NCBI GenBank assembly: GCA_023231475.1
Contig: JALJEE010002697.1
Span: 1 to 64,000, forward strand
DNA: 64,000 nt
Source: Seison nebaliae
Taxonomy: Eukaryota
Direction of reading: 5' to 3'
The position numbers were made by a program, and so were the translations under genes. This document shows positions 52,597 to 62,233 of this stretch, piece after piece. The notes beneath the pieces are model-generated. The model had not been told where the DNA came from, did no database searches, and worked only from the letters and a program-made list of their open reading frames with translations. Within the stretch, counting starts at the first letter, position 1, and every line of letters begins with the position of its first letter.

Positions 52597-55500
52597 TTAT
52601 GAAAATGAACTTTCGTCTTGACATTTCTTCTCCAAACAATCCACCACTGTTTTCAACTTCTGGAAATTGGAAACATAATATTTCTGGGAATATTCGGACA
52701 TTCCTTCTCGAATACTCTTCTCATCCATTCCTGAGAGAATGATAACTGTGTCCTCACTCACATTTCCTTCATCTCTACGAGGAAGTTCTTTATCTGCTTT
52801 TAAAATTTTAATTTCATCAGATAATTGTATGAAAACATTCGACAACTCTTCTTTCTCCATCGATGTCGATGAGTCGTCGAATGATTCTCGAATTTCTTTT
52901 CCATAATTCATGATTTCGGTAAGGAACCATTCTTCATATTTCGACGAATTATTCTCGTTCATATTGTTTTTTAGACGAATGTTTTGCATTGAAATGAACG
53001 GAAGAAGTTTCGTCGTAAATTCATTGATGGGACTTTCACGAGAACAATGGAAAATGGGAAAGCTAAATCGTTTATATATTTCCTCTAACCAACTCGTTGC
53101 CAATTGAGTGTCTTAAAATAACAATTAATTTTATATTAATCAAACTAAATAAAACTTGCTCCAAATCGAGCATTCGTAAATGCATCATTCATCACCATAT
53201 GCTTATGGGAACGATTTGGATTCTTTATCATATCGATTCTCCTCACCACACTATAGGGAATGCATAAATGATATTTTTTCGTTCTCAACAATTTTATGAT
53301 TTTCGGAAGATGATAGATCAATGCCAAATGATCGACAACTAAATAGATCTTGAAAGAACGAGTGAGATTCTCCTGATGATGAGCATCTGATGATGTAGAT
53401 GATTTGGAATCATTATATTTCAAAAATTCGATTTCTCTCTGAAAAAATTGAAAAAAAATCGATAAATGAAAATTAAAAAAAAAATAAAACCAATTTCTCA
53501 TAAATTTGCATATTAAGAAATGTTCCATAATAATTATCTGGAAGTATATCATCATTCAAAACGAGATTCATATCAGCTGTTTTAGACACTGCCATTATTC
53601 CAGATAAGTTCACTTGTAATCGTTCACGAAGAGACTCTGAAATGATTTAATTAAGAAAACAGAAATAAAATCAGAAATACCTTTTGTTGGGAATTGAATA
53701 GGATAAGTGGCAGAATTAATGAGTATATTCGACCATTTGAAATATTTCAGGATTTTCGTATCTTTTAACGGTTTCTTATCGAATCGGAGAACGTAAATAA
53801 ATTTATAAATGTAATGTGAATGTTGAATGAAATGGTTGAAGAATGACGATCCGATAATTTTCGTTTTCGACGTCAATATCCATTCCGTTAAGATGATGAG
53901 GATCTGTATCCATTCTAGAAATGTTTCATCATTATCTCCAAATGAAAAGAACAATTCTTGATTAGCATTTTCCGATCGTTCTTTGCTGAACAATGTTTCC
54001 CATGATTTTATGAAACTTTTATTATCTTTCCGTTTGTAATCGTTGAATGATTCGTCAAGGAAATCATTCATCGAATGAGAGAAATATTCCTCCATTCTTT
54101 TTATTTTCACATATTGCTCAATCGATAACCGATAGTCGTTTAACTGATGATTGTCAGATCTGAAAAAATTGTCCATTGGCATATCGATTCCATTCTCTCC
54201 TACTCGAAATTTATTTTTCTTTAAATATTTTAATGCTTCGATATAATTGGGAGAATGGAAGTAATATTCCAAATCCTCGAACGGAATAGTTATATCTTCT
54301 TCAATTAACAATCGATTTACGTCATTCTCCTTATCAGAATTATTTTTCTGATGATTTGATCTTCCTAAACGATCTTCTATAACCTGCACGTTATCATTCG
54401 TTGAATATTCATCATTTTCTTCTTCTTCTATTGTTATCCGATCTTCATCTTTATCCTCATAAATTTCTATTTCGTCAGTTTCATTATCAGATTGCTCCAC
54501 TTCTTTTTCTTCTTCTACTTCTTTATTACATTCTTCGCATTCCAGAGAAGCATATTGTGGATTATACTTATAATAATCTTTCATATATAGTTTAGCATAA
54601 TGTTGGAAGAGTTCATCGAAATTGTCAGGTATCTTCTTCACAAATCTCTTCGTTACATAACAATTGAATTGATTAACAATGACACAATAGATGTAAATGA
54701 TTGTTTCATGTAAACGGTTAATATTCCGTCTTAACGATGTCTTGATCTTCTTCTGACATAATTCTATGGCATAAATTACCATTCCGATCGATTGGAGGAT
54801 AGTTGTTCGATCATATGCATCACTCTTATCACTATAGCAATTGTCGAAGGTTCGTGAGAATTCACGAATTGCCATATAAATTGAATCGTTCAAATTATTC
54901 ACTTCGATTGGATCCAAGGAACTGATGAATTGATCGAAGAACATCGATTTGAATTGAGAGAAGATGATAGCCTCCGCTTCATATGGAACATTTTTCTTTT
55001 CATTCAATTTCTGCATTATTTTTCCTGCATTTTCCATTTGTCGTTCTTTCAATTTAACAACTTTCGCTTTCGCTTTCTCTCTATCTTCATCTTCCACCAA
55101 CAAATACCCCATTAAATGACCAAATGCGATTTCTAATGGTGTATATTTTATGGTGGGATTCTTATCTTCCAACTTCGTAATAAAGGAAACAATCATATAT
55201 TTCAGGTTTTCAAAAATTCCCCGTTCCACCTGATCCAACCGTCTCACTCCAACATTGAGACTGTACAGACAATAGAAGATAGCTTGTGATTCATTCTGAT
55301 TTCTGAGAAACATGGTCGCTAATAAATGTAGAGGGAAACTATTATATGGATCGATTTCCATTATTCTCATATAATATTTACTCGCTATCATTTGATATCT
55401 ATTGATGACCGATTCCTTGTAGGGATTATCCATACAATTAACTAAATCGATCCGATATCGATAAATGTCTCCCAAATTATTATTGAGTAACATCAATAAT

Positions 55501-56060
55501 TTCTGATGATTTACATATTCTTGACTTCGTGTATCGATGGAAAAAGAACCAAAATCAACCAATTGAAGAAATTTATAATATTCTGAGATAATATTCTCAT
55601 AATGAATTTCAAATCCATTTGCCATTAGAGCTCTCTTCTTCTCCTAAGAGAATATTAATAATGAAAATTAAATTAGAAAAAATTAAAACTGATCTCATTT
55701 CACGAAACAGAGTGATATTAGCGTGAATTGTTTTTTTGAAATATTGTGATAGAACTAATACGACATCAGGAATTAGTTTTGGCATGCTGGGCAAATATTG
55801 CAAGATTAAAGACATTATTGAAAAAAATCTTTAGAGGAAGAATAGGAGAATTTGAGAAAAGATTGAAAAATAACTGTTCTCGTTTATTGATGGTTTTGAA
55901 ACGTCCAGCAGCCTTCTCTTCATCGAAATCATAAAGGAACGAAAATTTAAGATCATCTTTCCTTGAACAAATGAACGTTATTATTGTAGAACTAAATTAA
56001 AATTAACTTCAGAGTTTCCAATATCGCTCTGAATTGTTCCAAACATCTCATAGACGACAT
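52597..56060 (-). CDS. SMG5: NMD factor SMG5 (EST1 family: 14-3-3-like TPR region plus C-terminal PIN); exons 56060-56008, 55961-55875, 55828-55690, 55643-53681, 53636-53491, 53438-53156, 53111-52597
   Basis: EST1 motif LGDIYRY...ASKYY..MEIDPYNSFPLHLLATM. PIN-like YLVVDHLALIYHLPKIIKLL...LCIPYSVVRRIDMIK...ATSWLEE resembles the SMG5 PIN start. Six 44-52 nt GT-AG introns keep the frame. Confidence 0.8.
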
Positions 56061-57029
56061 TGTACTGTCAAAACGAATGAATAAATTATTCTTATCAACC
56101 CAAGAAATGTTAGTTAAAAATAATGTTTCTCTACTCTTAGGCTAAGTTTTTGCATCCAAACATATTGGACAAGTACATTGTTTCAACAAAAGGACAAGCG
56201 TTCATGCTTTATTTCTAGATTTCCCAACATTTCCCATCGACGCAATCAGGAAAAACAGATAGAAAATACTATCATGATTGATTTTGGCTTCTGTTAGTTT
56301 CCATTTTACATCATGTCATTAAAATAAACATGTCTTTCTATATTCCGAAATTTCCGAAAGCTGTTAGCATAGAGCATGTTTTAGAGTTCTAATTAGTATT
56401 CAACTAAAATTAAAAATTGCAATAAAAAAAATTAAAAAATAATGTAATTATTCAGCATTTTTTAAAAGTAACCTTCTGAATTTCCGTCCGAATCTTACTG
56501 ATCACAGTGAGATGAAAAGGTTAATGGTGACGGATAATAATAAGATTAGTTTTTTCTTCTCACTAACACACAAGCATTATAAAATGGTTAAATAATATAC
56601 AATAATAAATAATTACATATAATGTATATGAAATATTGAACTTCTTTGCTTGTATACAAATTTGTATCTCTCGTAAAATAAATTTGTGATATTGACAAAT
56701 AATGAAAAAAAATCGAAGTTTAAAAAATTATACAATAAGCATCACTTTTCATATACAATAAAAAGATAAAGTAATTGGACACTTTAGGGATTTTATAAAA
56801 TAGATCATAACTTCTGTCTAATTAGGTATTTCTTAAACAGGTGTATAATATACACTGTATATTATAGGTATTAGGTATTAGGTATTAGGTATATAAAATA
56901 GCCCAATTCAACCTCTTCAAGATAGTGAAAAAAATTTTGAAAAAAATTAAATGTTTAATCTCTTAACAGGGCATTTTCGATAAGAGCTCAGTTCTCTCTC
57001 TGCAGAATGTTTGGAAATTATAATTTAAG

Positions 57030-58017
57030 GACCATATTATCGCCTCCTCATCTCTTCGATCACTCATTTTCGATTGTTTCATTCTTCACGATTCGCAACC
57101 AGTATTTCTATCCGATCACGCTCCCTTGACGTTCTCCATATCCCTCATCATTCGCAAGCCGGTAAGTCAAAAAAATGCTCCTCCAACTCCTACAAAGAGT
57201 GTCGACCGAAGTTACTGCACATCATCATTACTTCTCATCAACATCACAATCCACTCACATCAGTCACATCCACGATCTCTCCCACTGTTTCACACCTTCC
57301 TTTCGTTACAGATGGAATCCTCGATATTGTCCAGCCGTTCCCTAACAACATCCCATAGCTAGAAATATCCGCAGCGCTAATTCGTGCGAAGAAGATCTTT
57401 CGTCACGGTGTCTAACGTCCCCGCCGGATGAAATCAGCGAAATCTCTTCTCTCATTTATGAAGCAGTCGTCGTCTTCGTCCCGCTAGATTGAACACCTTT
57501 TCTCAAGATCATCCTTCCTTATCTCAATTCTCGTCACATTTCCGCGCATCGATGGAAATCCACTCCAACTACCCATGTAAGAGTTCATATATTGAGACAT
57601 CCATTGGCTCAAGTATCACTCATATTAATCATATTCAACTCAAATTCCCAATTGCGTGAGAAGTCCAGATATGCTCATAATTCGAAATATCTCCAATGCA
57701 ATCAACTCCACCGGAATCAACAAAGCGCATGGCATCGAAGGGATCTGTCCGAACCTCGTGCAATGCAATGAAGATCTGCTATCGTCAATTCTTCTCGAAA
57801 TTGTTAATCAGGCTTTCATAACTGCAGTTATGGTTCCATGCAGTTAACAAACCATGGTGTGTTTCCCACGAATTGGTTCCACTTTATAGCAATTTCTCAA
57901 TTGAAGAAACCATCCAATGAACCAAATGATTTGAATTCGTATCGTCCTATCTGCATTAGTTCTTTCATGCTTCGAATCATCGAACGGATGGTATTAGACG
58001 AGCTTATTTTCCTCTAG
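57030..58017 (+). mobile_element. Decayed non-LTR (LINE) retrotransposon ORF2 fragment: end of the APE endonuclease plus start of the reverse transcriptase
   Basis: DHIIASSSL...FLSDHAPL (APE C-terminal DH/SDH, 57030-57128). NKAHGIEGI, GVFPTNW and KKP..PNDLNSYRPICISSFMLRIIERMV (RT-proximal KAPG.DG, FP..WK and YRPI motifs). Interrupted by stops and frameshifts, and ends before the catalytic YADD motif. Confidence 0.85.
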
Positions 58018-58020
58018 ACA

Positions 58021-58097
58021 TCTATTCGCATATAGAGCAACAAAATCAATTGTACTCAATTTCCGACTGCATTAGTCTATGCAGTCTTTTTAACTAG
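58021..58097 (+). mobile_element. Candidate 77-bp non-autonomous Helitron, or the 3' end of a larger one
   Basis: Begins TCTAT after an A (58020). Has an 8-bp-stem hairpin GACTGCAT-tagtct-ATGCAGTC (58065-58086) 7 nt before CTAG (58094-58097), followed by T. This matches the A|TC...hairpin..CTRR|T Helitron architecture. Confidence 0.6.
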
Positions 58098-59300
58098 TTT
58101 TTTGTTTAAACTTTTTTCCTCCTAAAGTTTTTATAAGTTTTTATTAATAAAAACTTTTCGAAAAAAGTTTTAATTGTCCGAAATTTCAGAAATGCATTCG
58201 GAGTTATTAGAACCTTTTCTTATCATTTCTTATTCGTTCATATCGTTCGTTTTTTTTATATCAATAGATGAAGATGGATGATTTTTGCAAATTTTTTTCG
58301 CCAAATTTCCTTCCCCTTTAAAATAATATAAGTCTTAAAAATTTATTTGGCATCCTGAGCTCTTGAAGAAGAATAATTCAGTTCTTGTGATAAGAAAAGA
58401 TCTTTTCTTATCAAATCACATCGAGACAAAAAATCTCGAAATATGCTAATAGTACTGTTATGTAAAATTCTTACGAAAATAAATAGCAAAAAATGAAATG
58501 TTAATTTCAATAGACCAAGTCACGATTTGAAATAATTTACGATTGATCCGTAAAAGGTAAAATACCAATTTTGAAAAATGTTCAATAATTAGGTCATTTT
58601 TTATTTTGGCAAAGTAATTAATTATGGTGGAGTCATGGATAATGGATATGGTGGATAAATATATTAGGATTCACTTCTAGGAAAATTAATAAGTATGCAA
58701 TTTTTTAATTTTTTTGTTATTTTTAATTTTTCTAATGTAATTCAACATAGGCATAAAAGTTTTTTTAAAATTATTTTTTAAAGATACACCATTTACCAGT
58801 TCTGCTGCGCACAAAGCTATATAATGTAACACTGTTCATATGGTTTTTAACAAACAGTTTGATTATCGTTATGCAGTTTCTTCGTTGTGCGGAGTAAATT
58901 TGGTGATTTTACTGAGACGACATTGACGAAACAAGTTATCTAGGTAATGTATTGAAATATGGTTTGAAATATAAGGTATAAGGTTAACATATTATTCCAA
59001 TTATGATTAAAGATAAACAATTTGTATATTATTCAACCATAAAACTAATAATATCGATTGATCTATGATATCATTAATAACAACATGAAACAAGAATTAA
59101 AGAATAAATTGGATTAAACGGAATTAAGGTATTTGGTTTTCATTAATAACTATTAGAAGGAGTAGATTATTAAAATCAATTACCAACCAATTGATTACTA
59201 AGAGAAATTAATTGTTTACCATTTTAAAATTAGAATCGATTTAGAATCATGATATAAAAACATTATCAGAATAAGGAAAATACAATATATCAAATAAAAA

Positions 59301-60035
59301 ATGGCAAATTTATTATTATACTCAGCTTTATTCTTCACTTTATTGAAGAAATTGGTTGGGTTTACTGATATTTACGAAAGACGACCGGAATATGGTTATA
59401 TGAGGAAACCGATCGACATTGTACACGCATCTCAATGTTCAAATCAAGAACATTGTGCTCTCATTACACGAACAGGTACGTTATTTAAGGAACGTGTACT
59501 TGATGGACTTTCGGGATTGAATTCGCTTTACATCTTGAAAGAAGATGTCCTGGCGTTTCCCATAATAAACGAAAGGAAACATATTCTTCATATAGATCAG
59601 GAATTTACCGAGAAGAATTGGAACGATTACAAATGGGGTTTCCAACAAGGCGCCAACTTCTACTTTGGACATGAATATTTGAGAAGATTAATTCTAGCTA
59701 GCCCATTTAATAGTGTGGTATTCAATTATACGCGTAACGAAACTGTTGCAGTTGTAGTATATACTTACACCAGTCTGAAAGATGAATCAAATGGTTATGC
59801 AATTAAATATCATGGTTGCCATATAGAAGGCCTTCTTTATTGGTGCGAAATTGATCTGAGTGGAACGAAGTTTTCAACGTCCAGTCCCTCTAATAAAAAT
59901 AATGAATGTGCAACGAAATTGAACTCGGCTTTCTGGTTTCCATCAAATTGTGAGACAGACCATATACCATTTACCAACCAACCGCACATTCATAACGTCA
60001 TATTTTCGTCAGTTGACATATTCTTTACTTATTAG
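59301..60035 (+). CDS. Secreted, divergent fibrinogen-related domain (FReD) protein, intronless, 244 aa
   Basis: Hydrophobic signal-like N-terminus. FTEKNWNDYKWGF...FYFGHEYLRRL, DESNGYAI, GTKFST...NECA....AFWF..C correspond to the fibrinogen C-domain motifs (F.R.W..Y..GFG, WLG.E.I..L, E...Y.L, G..FST.D, NCA, GWWY..C). Confidence 0.8.
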   Translation: MANLLLYSALFFTLLKKLVGFTDIYERRPEYGYMRKPIDIVHASQCSNQEHCALITRTGTLFKERVLDGLSGLNSLYILKEDVLAFPIINERKHILHIDQEFTEKNWNDYKWGFQQGANFYFGHEYLRRLILASPFNSVVFNYTRNETVAVVVYTYTSLKDESNGYAIKYHGCHIEGLLYWCEIDLSGTKFSTSSPSNKNNECATKLNSAFWFPSNCETDHIPFTNQPHIHNVIFSSVDIFFTY

Positions 60036-60388
60036 TTCTCAACCTCCATTCTCATATTTTTAGTTCACATCAATTTGCATTAATATTTATTTTACCATCA
60101 CTTTCATTTGACAATTTTAATTAAATTTAATTTAGTTTTAAGAAATTTGTCTCAAAATTTGTCAAACAAAGACCAAGAAAATTATCTGATTCTTCAAATT
60201 GAAGAATGATGAGATCGTTTTAATTCTTTCAAAAATTAAATATTACACAATTTTCATTGTAAATATGATGCAGAAAGTAGATGAATTTGGAGAGTATTCT
60301 AATCTGTTAATTAAATAGCTTATTACATTATTTCTTTTAATGTTTAGAGTTTAATTTATTATTAATAATAAAGTAGATTTTTATTTCA

Positions 60389-61488
60389 ATGAATCATTGT
60401 ATTGGTTGTGGCAAAGAGTTCACCATATTCAACCGCGAAGTTCAAAATCTGTTTCTCTTATTGATCCTCCTATTTATATCTCTATCATAACAAAACTAAT
60501 ATTAATAAGAAATCATGTGCGTTATGTAAACAAGTTCTTTGTAAAAGTTGTCTGAAGTATACAGATCAATTGACGAAAAAAGCAATCTGTAGGAAATGTA
60601 AAGAGGGAGACATGAAGAAAGACAAAATCGAAATGGAAATACCTGAACAGCTGAAGAAGTTACAAGAAGCTCATTCTGAAAATCATCCTGTTTCGTCCAA
60701 TTCGCAAATGATAAAAAACTTGGAAGAAAGATTAATGAATCTGAAAGGGAAAAAGAAAAGTTCGTTTCCATTTATTCATTCTGTGCCAATTAAATTGACT
60801 TTTAAACGAACAGCCAATATCTCCACAATCGAACAACTACAATTAAGATTAAATTTGTTAAAAGAAAAGTTCCTTTAGAAATACAAAAAGTTTTATGTAC
60901 ACCATTTCTTCAGGAAAGCTTTCGAAGAAAATGAAGCTGCAATCAAAGTCTTCCAATCCGAAGAACAAACTGCAGATGAATTATTAAAAAATATGAAAGA
61001 TAAAGTTTTATCTTAAATTAAATTCTTTTGATTGCTATCGAAAATTAGCTGAAATTGGAAGATCAAAAGGAGAAACCTAAACAAAGCGATGATTACTTGT
61101 CTGAAGATAAGATCATTGAAAAGGTTCTGCCTTTTAAACTCAAATGAAAACATCGTAATGATTTTTGTAGTTAATTGATGAAAATCGTATAAATGAATTA
61201 ATTAGAAATGATACGATAGACGAAGGTTTTTCTTTTTTTCACACCTTCCATATAATCTTTTTTCAGTTATTTTCTATATAAATTATTTTGTTCATTTTCC
61301 TATTATTTAAGGATGATGATATGCTGAAGGACGAAAATGATGAACGTTGGTGCTTCGTATGTTCAGCTGATGCTATTTACAAATGCAGGGACTGTTTCAA
61401 TGAAATGTTCTGTCGAAAATGTTTTTTATTAACACATGACGATGCAGAAATGAAACAACATCGTAGAATTGAATTACCTTCACATTGA
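60389..61488 (+). CDS. ZFYVE19: Abscission/NoCut checkpoint regulator (FYVE-type plus B-box-like zinc fingers); exons 60389-60439, 60510-60759, 60814-60868, 60914-61004, 61049-61123, 61171-~61225, ~61312-61488 (last junction unresolved)
   Basis: N-terminal CIGCGKEFTIFNRE|KSCALCKQVLCKSCL...CRKC; central NLEERL and EQLQLRLNLLK; C-terminal WCFVCSADAIYKCRDCFNEMFCRKCF..TH....KQH, typical of ANCHR. Confidence 0.85.
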
Positions 61489-62233
61489 ATTTCCAATTGT
61501 CTCATACACTTGCAATTTTATTTTGAAATTAAAATACAATTTTATTTTTTTTAATTTTTGAATGTTTAACACGTTTCCAATTGGAACTTTCATCTGTTTT
61601 CCATTTTTAGTGAATTTTAATAAGAAAGATGAGAAATACAAATAGATCTTGATGGTCGATTAATTCTTATAATTGAGAGTTTAAACGAATTATACTATTA
61701 TTAACACTACACTAGAATAATAAGTGGATAATTTAAATCAACTTAAAATGTTACTGTACTTTATTTATTTAATAAATTTTATTAAAGGTTTCCGTTCTTT
61801 CACACTCATAGTTGAGAGAAAATAACTTACAAAATTTGTGTTACAATCAGGATGAAATAACCATATTTATTCACAAATTATTCTCCATTTGGCAGAATAA
61901 TCGAAATATGAAAATGTATTTTCAACTTATATTTTACTAAAAACCTATTTTAAACTTATTATATTGACCATGGCCGAATTTTTTTTCAATAGACTTTTAT
62001 TGATTCTATTATAAGAAATTAAACCTTACAATTGTTAGTTAGAAAAGTTAGTAGAAAGTAGTTAGAAAAAACTTTAAAATATCAAGTTATTTTCAATGAA
62101 CTTAAAAATGTAGAAGGAGATCAGATATTCAAATTTTTTTTAAATTTGTGAATTTAATTTTTTTCAATTAATCAGCTTTTAAGATGTTCAGCCATTGCCA
62201 ATAATATTGAGTCGAATATTAATTTGGATCGGA

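Noticed and set aside
56982..58364. 10-bp inverted match (AAGAGCTCAG / CTGAGCTCTT) flanking the LINE relic as TIRs
   Set aside because: Short, mostly a self-palindromic GAGCTC core, does not extend, and has no target-site duplication.
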